Below are positions 26,345 to 38,029 of a DNA stretch of 64,000 bases, in pieces; position 1 is the stretch's first letter, and the number at the start of each line of letters is the position of its first letter. Below the pieces are notes generated by a model. It ran no database searches. It was not told the origin of the DNA and saw nothing but the letters and a program-made list of their open reading frames with translations. The translations under genes and the position numbers were made by a program. Origin of the DNA: Ostrea edulis (Eukaryota); contig NC_079168.1 of the NCBI RefSeq assembly GCF_947568905.1, forward strand, positions 48,360,001 to 48,424,000. Direction: 5' to 3'.

Positions 26345-26488
26345 ATGATATCTTTATGCCAAGAAAATCAAGGAAAGAATGATGAAGTAAACGAGCCGAT
26401 TCACTCACGCGGAGGAAATGGCGTTAACGAAGCATTTTTTCGGACGGATGCTGTACAACAATTTGACCCTTTGTTCTTATCTTGTGAG
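26345..26488 (+). CDS. Candidate extra or cassette exon of the isthmin-like gene
   Basis: CTGTAG acceptor, 48 open codons (MISLCQENQG...FLSCE), GAG|GTAGAT donor; phase 0-0; weak pyrimidine tract. Confidence 0.3.
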
Positions 26489-27397
26489 GTAGATAAATTT
26501 CTCACACTATCCAAAATCAAAGCAAACACATTCCTTAAAATTGATACAGTTTGAATGATGTATAATAGCAATTGGTCTCCCTACACAGGAAATTCTAACA
26601 ATATTCGACCTTCGATTTTCAAGAAAACGTATAACAATTGGTATTTTACTGAACTAAAATTTTATAAATTGGGGGTTCTTCACTTCTCAAAGTTAGAGGA
26701 ATTATTTAGAGATTTCTTAACATTTTTAAAAATCTGATGAATTGAGCATCAAATTAAGATTCTTTCATTGCGTTACCGTAATCGATAACTGAACTATAAA
26801 CAAGAACATATACATGAAGTCAAAAGCTAGTTCGACATTTTACAATTCTTTGGCAGATTTTAGAATCAAGGAATGGTTTTTTCAACTGCTTACTTGAAAC
26901 AGAAATCGCAACAGACTGAAAAAGTAATTCTTCGAAAATGATGCTTTCAATATAAACCTTCTGATAGTGTGATTGGTACAATCTTCTTATTAGGATAACT
27001 TTTTAGTGAAATACGAGGAAGAACATCATAAGTGTATGTTGTTTATGTACTTAACATGTAGTTGGGTTGTTACTGTTTACAAGTCGCTTCAGGTTTGGAA
27101 ATTTAACCTCGGTTTTAGGTTCAGTTAAAACATTATCTAAAACTTTTAATTTACTTTGAAGCAAACTCTAGAAAGTTAGGAATACATTTTCCACTGAAAG
27201 AAAAACACATTCTGTGTTTAGAACATCTTTTCTCCAGAAAATATGTTTTAGACACTTCCCTACAACTAAAAGGTGGGCCACACTCTACGTTAAGGAAGTA
27301 CCGGTATACTACATTGTCATAATGACTAGCTTCCTTTTTAAAACATAAATGAAAATATAAATATTCGCAATATTTGTATATTCCTTTTAAAATTTAT

Positions 27398-27480
27398 GGC
27401 CTAGGTGGGTAGCTCAGTCGGATAACGTGGCGACTGCTGATCTGTAAATCGCGGGTTCGAATCCAGAAGGGGTTTTAATT
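27398..27480 (+). mobile_element. tRNA-derived SINE head
   Basis: A box TAGCTCAGTCGG and B box GGTTCGAATCC; acceptor stem does not pair. Confidence 0.55.
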
Positions 27481-27783
27481 TTTGTTCTTTAGATTACTTT
27501 CTACTAAAACTGCATACTTTTTCTATATATTTGTTTTAAGTCTTCAATTTCAAGATATGGTTGTACATACCCTCCGCTTTTAATCCATATAGAATTTCTC
27601 TGGTGTGTTATTCCTGCCTGGGTCACTGTAGCCATGGTCATATATACTGTATGTCATATGTCATAACCCTTTTTGAGTTCATATTTGAGTTCATATAGAT
27701 TTGAATCCTAGAATCAACAAACTTTGTAAATTGGTGCATCTGCAGAGAAATGTAAATTGCAGCTTAAATTCAGGTCATTAAAG

Positions 27784-27814
<31 letters not shown>

Positions 27815-28417
27815 ATAGCATGTATTGAAAAAAAAGTTTTAAGGAAGGTAATCCCTAATATGTAAGAGAGTAATGCAGAAACAATATTAAAAATGATTAC
27901 ATATAAAAATACACATTTTTTCATACATGATTATTAATATTATAATGATATGAATAATATGCAATGTTGTACTGCAAAATTTGCAAAGACTTTACATATC
28001 ACACAACAGATAGAGGGATTCTATTTGTCTCATGGAAATAATGATCAAATAATGATCTAAGGTATGGCGTTCCAAAGAGAGAAGTTGGACACAAAGATCA
28101 TTTTGATAAGAGCCAAATTGCATCCGCCTAGTTAAAAATTCCATTTGTCCCATGGGGGTATTGATCTAAGCCAGTGTTTCAAGGATTTACATGGACATGC
28201 AAAGGTCGTTTTAATAATAGCCAAAGTGCATCTGTCAATTAAAGATTAATTAACGAGTATAATGTAAGACTGTGGAATGATTTGTCACTCCTTTAGCTAT
28301 GGTGTGATTCTTTTTACCTCCTAAAATTCTTCAGTAATTCACACCATGTGAAAGAAATTGAAGTACATGTAATACGATGAAATATGTTTTGAACTGTACA
28401 TGTAGTTATTTGATCTT

Positions 28418-29182
28418 GTGAAGCAGAGTTTATTCAAAAGCTTCTATATGAGAAGAAAAAAATCTCTTGCTGTGGCCTTCAACTCGACATTTAGATATAT
28501 CGACGACGTTTTATCTATTAGCAATAATAATTTTCATTCATATGTCGATTCGATATATCCCTGTGAACTCGAAATAAAAGACAGCACAGTCCTCCACGTC
28601 TGCTTAGATATTTTATTGAAAATAAATATTAACGGCAAACTAACAACTCAACTTATGACAAACGGGATGACTTCAGCTTCTCCATCATCATCTTCCCATA
28701 TTTATGTAGCAATATTCTATTATCACCTGCATATGGTGTTTATATCTCTCAACTGATTCGATACGCAAGAACTTGTTCTGCGTACGATCAGTTTTTAAAT
28801 CGAGGCAGGCTACCGATGAAAAAACTGATGTTATAGGGGTTTCAACAGTCTCGTTTAAAGTCAGTATTTCGCAAATTCTATGGTCGTTATAATGATTTAG
28901 TTTGCCAATACAACCTATCATTGGGTGAAATGCTGTCTGACGAGTTTCATACCGATTGTGAGGCCGTTCTTGGCACACTGATTTTGACTTCGAATTACTC
29001 TGTTTACCTGATCAAGATATAGGGGTCATGGCGGGTGTGACCGGTCGACAGGGGATGCTTACTCCCCCTAGGCACCTGATTTCATCTCTGGTATATCCAG
29101 GGGTCCGTGTTTGCCAAATTCTATTTTGTATTCATTATAGGAGTTATGAGATTTATCACTGTTCGTTATCTTCACCTTTCAT
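28418..29182 (+). mobile_element. Penelope-like retroelement, 5'-truncated (RT C-terminal half plus 3' region)
   Basis: AVAFNSTFRYIDDVLSI...GVYISQLIRYARTC...KSVFRKFYGRYNDLV...FHTDC*, then a ~220-nt 3' region ending CACCTTTCAT. Confidence 0.88.
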
Positions 29183-29921
29183 CGACAAGTCAATTGTTGT
29201 ACCAAGGTTGACATGATTTTTTCCATAGCACACACGTATGTATATGATTATGATTGACAAACATCTGACGGGCGGTGCACTTTATTTTTTACTATTGAGG
29301 AAGGTTATTTCCCTAACTCTTAATGTAGTGAATTCCATTTCTGAACAGTGTCGGGTACAAAAGATTCGTTTTGCTTAGTTCAAAGTTTACGTGTTTTATG
29401 TAGTGAAACATTTTTTATTTTATGGAAAATATTGTTACTTAAGTATTATTGTACATTTTGAACATGGCGGTTAGCTTAGCAGTGTTACGTCGACTAGAAA
29501 GAGGTTCCCAGCCTGTTTCTAAATAAAAAGTTTCGATGCCAAAATTGTTAGACCGGTAATAGTTCTTACGGCACTTAACTTGACAAACTTGTCAAAAATT
29601 GAGCAACCGTCTAATACTACAGAAGCATATTCAAGAACGGATCATATAAATGTAAGATACCACATCGATAATTTAACTAACCACTATTTCTGTCGGGAGT
29701 AAATTGAATTTTTTTTAGGAGGTCTAGCTTTTTCTATGCACTGCTCACGACGTTACTGATACATTTAGACCAACCAACATGTCAATGGGTTGATCTTTGG
29801 AAATACGACTTGGAAATTCTCCTACACATTTCTTTGTAAAAAGTACTACTTTTGTGTTAGACGGATTAAATCTTAGTAACCTTTTATCTAACCATCCAAT
29901 GAGTACTTTCAGGTCCTGACT

Positions 29922-29979
29922 TAGCTGCAGAACTGTAGCTCTCTGGGGAAATATTGGGGCAGATCAGAGAGTACAGATC
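29922..29979. mobile_element. Internally deleted copy of the TAGCTGCAG hairpin MITE
   Basis: Left arm TAGCTGCAGAACTGTAGCTCTCTG intact; decayed right arm CAGAGAGTACAG. Confidence 0.7.
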
Positions 29980-30145
29980 CACCCCTTATAAAAACCTTCG
30001 ATTTATGGCGCATAAAAAGCTGCGCAAGGTTGAGGCTTGGTATCGTTGTATTCTTGTGTCGTCTCATAAAGTTAATATAAAAAAAACCAACCTAACATAT
30101 TTTTATACTATACTTGTGTCCAAACATACCTTTAAATATTCATTT

Positions 30146-30936
30146 TAGCACCTATAATATCCGAAATTTCACAACTTTTCATGATTTCGTTCGTTGACGT
30201 AGCCATGTTAGGTAGCCGGTTCATTTCCATACTTGCACAAAAACGTCTAGATGTGAACTAATATCGCCACACATATTTTAGTTAAATATTTTAAATATAT
30301 ATCATTCCAGTTCGGTTAAATAAGGATTATTTGAATACATTAACTCACGGCAATGCGACTTTCATTAGTCTGGTGCGGTCCCCATCCCTACCACACGAGT
30401 GTTAGTGACCACAATAGACTTTTGTAGCATTTTCATTAATCAAGAGCTGATTTTACCTTTAGATAAACTACAAACTGTATCTTTTTAAAAATTTCTACTA
30501 ATCATTCGTGTTTATGATAAATGAAGAGCGAATACATAACTTATAACGAATAATATGAATAGATACCAATAGCAACAGGGTTCGAATTGACTGGCTACAT
30601 AACATGGCTACGTCAACAAACGAAATCATTAGAAGTTGTGACTAGTGTGGCTACGTCAACAAACGAAATCATTAGAAGTTGTGACTAGTGTGGCTACGTC
30701 AACAAACGAAATCATTAGAAGTTGTGACTAGTGTGGCTAATCATTAGAAGTTGTGACTAGTGTGAGTTTGCACGAAATCATTAGAAGTTGTGACTAGTGT
30801 GAGTTTGCACGAAATCATTAGAAGTTGTGACTAGTGTGAGTTTGCACGAAATCATTAGAAGTTGTGACTAGTGTGAGTTTGCACGAAATCATTAGAAGTT
30901 GTGACTAGTGTGAGTTTGCGGGTCGTATAGGGTCTA
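30146..30936. mobile_element. Unclassified TIR element whose right arm is expanded into a tandem array
   Basis: 30168-30225 is the reverse complement of 30588-30640; outer ends TAGCACCTATA / TATAGGGTCTA. Confidence 0.6.
30605..30920. repeat. Composite tandem array: 3 x 43 bp, 1 partial unit, 4 x 37 bp
   Basis: Full units share the core CGAAATCATTAGAAGTTGTGACTAGTG; the partial unit lacks its first bases. Confidence 0.95.
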
Positions 30937-31913
30937 AAATATGAGCAAAATAAAAACTTATACAAACTTTTAGAATTTTCTCTACCTATTATGTGGTATT
31001 CTAATGTCCTAAATTTTCTATAATGTTCCAAAGTTGAAATATATTTGTTTAAAATCCCCTATATAACTATACATATTTTACCTACGTTTTGGATTTTATT
31101 GAGAAATCATAGGGATGGGAAAAAATCCTGAAAACATAAAATTTCTTTTCGCTATTTTTGAAGAGAATTTTTTTTTTAGGAAGTGTCGTTAAAACAATGC
31201 ATGTTTTTCACAAATTCTACTTTCTGTTGAACTATTTAATTAATTTCCTTATCTGAGCTTGTCCAAAAGACTCGACAAGTTGCAATTGTTTTATGGTATA
31301 CTTTTCATGGTCACTCTATTTTGATCTCCAAATATTTATGTTTACTCACATATTACTCTGGTACCCAAGCATTGGGGAAACCAAATTGATTAGCGATTTA
31401 CATTCCCTTTGGAATACCACATCGAAGGGCTGATCATGAATGACCTCTGTGACGTAAAAGGTTATCAAAGCCAATAAAGGCGCTTCCGCCTGAAAATTAG
31501 GATTGGCGCTATAAATTAGAGACGGTTGGGAAAGCGTAAACAAAAATATTTTTTAGTTGGGCCTTATAAGCGTAATCTTCACCAATTTTATATCCCAATA
31601 TTTGTATTTCTAAAGTAGTCAAGTTTCGTGTTACAATTGAAATTTAATTATTTGAATATATTTAAGAAATAAATATCGCGCTTCATGAAAAGTATGCCGG
31701 CGTGATGCGTTGCAATTTACCCTTATGCATTTTAAATTTATTTCATTTTATCTATTTCATTTCTGTTGAAATTCCCAGCCGGTAAAATAGACGTACACAC
31801 ATTGCCCACAACTGCATCGCATTCACGAGGAAGGGCTATCATTACAAATTGTAAAGATATCATAGGGAAAAAACACGTCGGGAAATGTAAATATGTTAAT
31901 TTGTCATTCCATA

Positions 31914-33047
31914 TTTTTATGCCCCTTCAAAGAAGAGGGGCATATTGCTTTCGCTCCTGTCGGTCGATTTGTCTGTCGGTATGTCGGTCAGTAGACCACA
32001 TGTTGTCTGCTCAATATCTTGAGAACCATTCACTTTATTGTTATGATATTTCATATGTGGGTTGATTATGAGTAGAAGAGGATCCCTATTGACTGTTAGG
32101 TCAAAAGGTCTTAGGTCAAGGGTCAATCCACTCTGCAATAGTAAGATATTATCCGTTCATTATCTTGAGAACCTTTTCCTTGACAGACATCAAATTTAGT
32201 ACACAGGTACTTCCTAAAAATTAGATAATCCCTATTCATTTTCAGGTCAAAAGGTCAAAGATGAAGAGTTAATCCACTCTGGAATAGTAATATATTGTCC
32301 GTTCAATATCTTGACAACAATTTCCTTGACAGACATCAAACTTGGCACACTGGTACAGTGTAAGAAGTAGATGACCCCTATTGATTATGAGTTTACATAG
32401 TTTCATGCCGATCGTTAGACCGTTCGTGGCACACTGATTTCGACTATTGATAACTCCGTTTACCTGATCAAAATATAGGGCTCACGGCGGGTGTGACCGG
32501 TCGACAGGGTATGCTTACTCCTCCTAGGCACCTGATCCCACCTCTGTTGTGTCCAGGGGTCCGTGTTTGCCCAATTATCTATTTTGTATTGCTTATGGGA
32601 TTTATGAGATTGATTGGTCAAACTTGACATAGGAATATACTGTCCGCTCAATATCTTGAGAACCCTTTGCTTGACAGACATCAATCTTGGTACACTGGTG
32701 CATTTTAACGCTTAGATGACCCCTTTCAATTTTGAGGTCACATAGTCAAAGGTCAAGGGTCAATCCATTCTGGACATAGGAAGATATTGTCCGCTCAATA
32801 TCTTGAGAACCCTTTGCTCGACAGAAATCAGACTTGGTATACTGGTACATCATAAGGGGTAGATGACCCAGGGCTATTGATTTTGAGATCACATGGTCAA
32901 AAGTCAAAGGTCAAACTGGACATATGAAGATATTCGCTCAATATCTTGAATTGTTTTGGCACTACTTTCAATTAAATGATGCCTGTATAACCCTTTTCAA
33001 TTTTGCACCGGGGAGGGGGCATATATGTTTTACAAACATTTCTTGTT
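31914..33047 (+). mobile_element. HINE with ~140-bp internal repeats, interrupted by a Penelope fragment
   Basis: TTTTTATGCCCC start with hairpin and GTCG/GTCT repeats; recurring TATCTTGAGAACC and AGGTCA motifs; ends GGGGCATA...TCTTGTT. Confidence 0.75.
32400..32612 (+). mobile_element. Penelope-like 3' region fragment
   Basis: High similarity to 28945-29155. Confidence 0.82.
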
Positions 33048-33306
33048 CTAACAGTATGCTACAACATAGTGGATTGACCGCTTCAATTACATTCATAAAC
33101 TGTTATGTCGGCTGAACTGCATTGCATTACCACTGGACTACATATCTGTAGATCATGAGTTTGGCATGCGGGGATTTTTGTTTACTTATTTTATCCTGAA
33201 TTTTCATTTATATACATTAGCTTTTACGTCATTGTAACAATTTCAACTGAATAGTACTGCATGTGTTGAGACGCCTCTAAAAATACACTGCAATTATGAT
33301 TTGTAG

Positions 33307-33634
33307 GTAGATACAAACGTGGGCGATACAGTGATACAGGGTTTTGTTGATTTCAACAATGACTCACAGTCTTCAGCATTCCCAACAAAACATTCCAAGA
33401 AATGGAAAACAGCAAAAAGGAGGAGACCGATAAAGAAACTGAACTCCAGCAAAAAGCGTTGGAGGAAGAAAAAGAAAAACGGAAAAAATAAATCCATAAA
33501 TAGAAGGAAAGGACGATTTTTTCAAAGATTGAAACCGATTACCATTCGTCAGATTATCGAGATGGTAGCACAAGAAGCATTGACGAAAACATCCGGATCC
33601 TACGATTATAATCAGCTCGAAAATGAAGTTAAAG
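33307..33634 (+). CDS. ISM1: Isthmin-like, exon 2 (polybasic N-terminal region)
   Basis: Acceptor TTGTAG; open frame VDTNVGD...ENEVK. The 3' end is uncertain: phase-1 donors at 33635 (AAG|GTAACA, strongest), 33671 or 33704. Confidence 0.7.
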
Positions 33635-33800
33635 GTAACAGTTTCCCGCCCAAAACACCACGTGTTTCCGGTACAGAATCGTCAGTGAAACTAAAGATAG
33701 ATGGTGGGGATCTTACGTTGGTTTTTTAAAAATATTATATCTAAATCTAGAAAATGTATTGTACTTAATTTTAGTCTTGTCTTGGCATTTTGTTCAGCAG

Positions 33801-33935
33801 CTAGCTCTACGGAATGGTCATCTTGGAGTCCATGTTCTGTTACCTGTGGAATGGGACAACAGGAAAGATCACGTGACTGTGGATCAGCATGTCGTGAAAT
33901 GGAAACACAGGCCTGCTACCGTAGACGTTGTTCTG
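33801..33935 (+). CDS. ISM1: Isthmin-like, exon 3 (thrombospondin type-1 repeat)
   Basis: [40 protein letters not shown]; NAGNAG acceptor (33798 or 33801); donor G|GTAAG. Confidence 0.92.
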
Positions 33936-34061
33936 GTAAGTGATTGAGTTCTCTGTAGCTTACTAAATGGAACAATCCACGTGTCTTTAACTTCCTAGCA
34001 GTTTATGTTTCAGTATTTACAAAACGCAGTTTGATGTATTATCAAGCAATCTGTGTTGCAG

Positions 34062-34154
34062 ATGAAGCTTCGAGAAAAAAGAACAAGTTTGCATGGGAGT
34101 ACGAAAATATCATCCCAGATTCTACACTAAGACCGAAGGATTTTATCAACCCTG
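34062..34154 (+). CDS. ISM1: Isthmin-like, exon 4 (linker)
   Basis: TTGCAG acceptor; DEASRKKNKFAWEYENIIPDSTLRPKDFINP; donor G|GTGAGA; phase 1-1. Confidence 0.85.
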
Positions 34155-34264
34155 GTGAGATTTAAGTTATAAAAAATATTACAAGCGCTGTATCCAGATT
34201 TTAATATGTTTCTTTTTCATAACACGGTTTTTATGAACTTTTTCCCCACTAAATTACTTTTCAG

Positions 34265-34673
34265 AAAAAGATGTATGTAAAAGATGGATGTCTTGCAATA
34301 AAGATACGATATCGTCTTATCTAAAGCACGCAGCACTTCCAAGTTGCCCTTGTTTGTACCCTCTGCATCTAAGCTATAATCCGAAAGTCTGGGATCCTCA
34401 TGCCAAAAAACACTACAATTGGATGGATGTAGACGCAAAAACTGAGGGATTGTATGCGTACAAGCCAAGCGCAAAGTTCTGTATACGGTCCAAATTATTC
34501 AAAGGTGTTCCGACACTGGCTTCACAGATGTGTTGCTATGACAACGACTTCAAATTGATTACCAGGGGCAAAGGGGCTGGAACTCCGAATTTGATTAGCC
34601 CAGAAATGTCTCCCGAACTCCATCATAAACTGGATATTAATCCATGGATCATCTGTAAAGGTGACTGGTCCAG
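34265..34673 (+). CDS. ISM1: Isthmin-like, exon 5 (AMOP domain)
   Basis: LPSCPC...YKPSAKFCIRS...CCYDNDFKLITRGKGAGTPNLISPE...PWIICKGDWSR closely matches the isthmin AMOP as I recall it; donor AG|GTATGA. Confidence 0.95.
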
Positions 34674-35156
34674 GTATGAATTCATGCTTAAATTTATTTG
34701 TTGTTATATCGGGCGATGAGGGTATCTAGCATTGCAGGAAAAAATATCATAATCTGCGTAAGCATGTTATGTAAAAAAAATATCCTTCAATGATTGCTAC
34801 CTTCATCACCCGATAAAACAACAAAGAAAGACAAATTATTGTTTATATTTATATTTTTATGTATTTTTCAAAAATATAAACTAGATCCAAGTTCTGTTGA
34901 CCCATTCATTACGTTAAACGGAACGGCCAATGCATCCTTTGACCTTGACGACGCTCCATATTTGGTAATGATTACGTACTAAAAAACGGATTGAATTAGT
35001 TTGCATCAAACATGCATTCATTGTCTATGATGAAAGCAATGTTAATTTCAAAAGAAAAGATTCAGTGAATGTAAATATATTTCCTTAATTACAGCTTATA
35101 TCTTTTCTTCTACCCTCTGAATATAAAATGTCACACTGTTTTGCAATTATTTGCAG

Positions 35157-35256
35157 GTATAACCAAATTCTACCTCCAGATAATGGTCAAAAATGTTCTT
35201 TGAATCCAGATGACGACATCATCGTGCAACAGAGGACAGACAATAAAAATTACTAA
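35157..35256 (+). CDS. ISM1: Isthmin-like, last exon
   Basis: TTTGCAG acceptor; YNQILPPDNGQKCSLNPDDDIIVQQRTDNKNY*, matching the isthmin C-terminal ..PPNNGQKC.. motif. Confidence 0.92.
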
Positions 35257-35523
35257 CGTCACAGATACAATGCTGTTTCTTAGATAGAATGGTGATGTCA
35301 TTCATGTTATTGATTACCACAATTCTTGCTTCAGCAGGAAAAAGTGAAATGAATCATTTCCGGTGTTCTGGGACCGCTTTCATTTTTTTTTTTTATATGT
35401 GGAAGACTTTCAGTGAGAAACGCAAATTCTTGTGTTAATGATGACACATCTGTTCGCTTATACGGGTATAACTGAATATTTTATTTTGTATATAAAAGAC
35501 GTTTATTTTCATATTGTGTAAAT

Positions 35524-35529
35524 AATAAA
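35524..35529 (+). promoter_or_regulatory. Candidate polyadenylation signal of the isthmin-like gene
   Basis: AATAAA ~270 nt after the stop codon. Confidence 0.4.
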
Positions 35530-36487
35530 GTCGACCAAATTACTACAATCACCTAGTGTTTTAACAATATTAGATATCATTCAAGAATGTACATAAGGAT
35601 TTATATGAAGAAAAAAGTTTGAAAACCAAAAACAAGTGACAAAACACCTGTCTTGTAAAAATGCAGTTGAATATGGCTTTAATAAATGTTGAAGGCATGT
35701 CTTGACACAAATGTTGTGAGAAATGAAGTTTGAAATTCTTTTATATTAAATTTCTGAGGCAGCGATGTTAAATTACAGAGATAGTTGCGCTGTAGATCAA
35801 AGTTTTTTTTCTCTCTAACGGGTAGATCTTTACCTCTCTGACCTATCCCCATTTTCTCAGAGAGCTATACTTCTGTCGTTTGTTAAAATATCATAATCAT
35901 TAGAGGTATAGAACTTGTAACTAATTCCTTTGTATATTTATACAATAAAATATGTTCAAATCATATCATAATCCCAGATGGTAAATTATCACAAGAAAGA
36001 CAGCAAAAATAACTGGTGCTATTCTTATTGATTAAGGATGTTGCACTCCTCGATTTGTATTTCGATTTCCCGAGTTAAAAGTCCCTCCAATTGTTTCGTC
36101 AGCCTATATGACAAAGATGTTCACCAACACAATATCGGACTACCAGGGGTATTTTGTTTTGTACAAATATGAAGAATATACCTCTCTACAAAAGTACGAA
36201 ATACGAGAGGTCCATGGGACACAATGTTCCCCTATGTTACATTGCCCCTACTGCTCATTTAAAAAATAATTCTTGCCCTCTTTATTCCCACGAAATAGTT
36301 TGACACCATAGCTCGATCCACAGGGTCATAACTTTACTGAATTTGAATCCCCACAACGTAGGGATGATCACTATTACTAGCATGGTCTTGCTGTTCTTGA
36401 ATAGATTTTTTGCACACATGTGCTGAAAGTTGTCCGGCGTTCCCGTCTGTAAACCTTTAACATTTTCGACTTCTTCTCAAGAACCAC

Positions 36488-36566
36488 CAATCTGATTAAA
36501 ATCAGATCCTATGATCCGCTCACGTAGATCGCTATCCTAGTATAGGATCTGATTTTAATCAGATTG
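36488..36566. mobile_element. 79-bp hairpin MITE with probable 9-bp TSD
   Basis: Perfect 25-bp arms CAATCTGATTAAAATCAGATCCTAT / ATAGGATCTGATTTTAATCAGATTG; flanks AAGAACCAC / AAGAACAAA. Confidence 0.75.
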
Positions 36567-37065
36567 AAGAACAAAAGTGCTAATTTCATCCAAACTTGCC
36601 TCAAAGCATGCCTGGGTAAAGAGGATTCAATTTTGTTCAAATGACGTGGAGATAATTAAGAATTAGTAAAAAAAAAAAAAAAGTAAATAAAAAATTGTGG
36701 CATCGTTTAAAAATCTTATGATCAAGAACCACTGGGTTAATAATTTCGATCAAACTTTGCGCCAATCAGCCTTGGGAAAAGGGGATTCAAGTTTGTTCAA
36801 ATACAGAGCCATACCTTCTCCAAAGGGGAGATAATTGAGAAAATGCAAAAATGGGGAGGTGTCATTTCAAAAGCTTCTTCTCAGGAACCACTGGGCAGAA
36901 AAGTTGAAAGCTTCCTGACATAGTATAGATTCAAGTTTGTTTAAATCATGGCCCACGGGGGTAGGGTGGGATCACAATAAGGGGTCAAAGTTTTACACTG
37001 GGGTGTATGGGATAAATCTTTAAAAATATTCTTCTCAAGAACAAGAGGTCCATGATTACTCACAT

Positions 37066-37196
37066 TGACCGGTCGACAGGGGATGATTACTCTTCCTTGG
37101 CACCTGATCCCACCCCTGGTGTTTGCCCAACTATCTATTTTGTATTGCTTGTGGGATTTATGAGATTGATCACTGTTCGTTATCTTCGCCTTTCAT
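37066..37196 (+). mobile_element. Penelope-like 3'-end fragment
   Basis: TGACCGGTCGACAGGGGATG...CGCCTTTCAT. Confidence 0.8.
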
Positions 37197-38029
37197 TGAT
37201 ATGCAAGCATCCCCAAGTAGTGCAAATTGAAGTTTGGTCAAATCGTGATCCCTGGGGGTAGGATGGGACCGCAATAAGGGATCAATGTTGAACATGGGGA
37301 TACCGGCATATTGGATAAATCTTTAAAAAATCTTCCCCGCCAATCGTATAGTTTTTTATTTTCTCCCTAAAAATCATGCTTCTGTCGCTATTGTTGATTT
37401 GGCAGATTTTGCAATTTATGGAAATGATATCTAATCATGTAGGTCTGTTTACACGTACTTAATATACATGATCTATAACGTCATTTTTTTCTCTAAAACA
37501 CAATGTTGGAGCACGAGTTCGGTTTCCAGTTGTCATAGGGAACGCCTTTGATGTTCTACAATGATACAAAAATGAGTTAAGAATGGTTTATGAGCTTTTC
37601 TTTCATATTTACATTACGTTTTGTCAAAAGGGGGAAAATATCAATAGATGGTGAAAACAAAAATCTATTCCGAAGAATCTTTTTATTACATTGGTATATT
37701 CTGCATCCAAATTTATTCATTCAATATACAAGTATTCTTTGAGGTTTATTCCCTATGTGGTTAGAATATATTTTTCATTTATTTTTTCTAATTACTTTCA
37801 TTTAAAAAAAACTTGATAATTCGTATGTAAAGTTTGTTGCAATAATGTTTTTATATTTACGATTTATGAGCAAAATATCAACCCTTTCTCTTTCAAAACC
37901 AAAGATAGCTACAACGAAGATGTAAATGTAAATTGTCTCCTTCAAGCTGAACATCCATTTCGGTATACTGCAATGGACCGATCGTTAGGTACATGTATAA
38001 GTATATCATTCATGTAGAATGTCTAATAC

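Larger units (their letters stand above)
36400..37335 (+). mobile_element. Decayed HINE with internal repeats and nested inserts
   Basis: Recurring TCAAGAACCACTGGG / GATTCAAGTTTGTT units at ~36475, 36720, 36880 and 37030. Confidence 0.55.

Noticed and set aside
26345-26737. Selenocysteine or read-through ORF (two abutting ORFs separated by one TGA)
   Set aside because: No SECIS recognised; the sequence after the 26488 donor is AT-rich and intron-like.
30605-30920. CRISPR-like pattern (constant ~27-bp repeat with short spacers)
   Set aside because: Spacers are only two repeated sequences, there are no cas genes, and the unit derives from an adjacent TIR.
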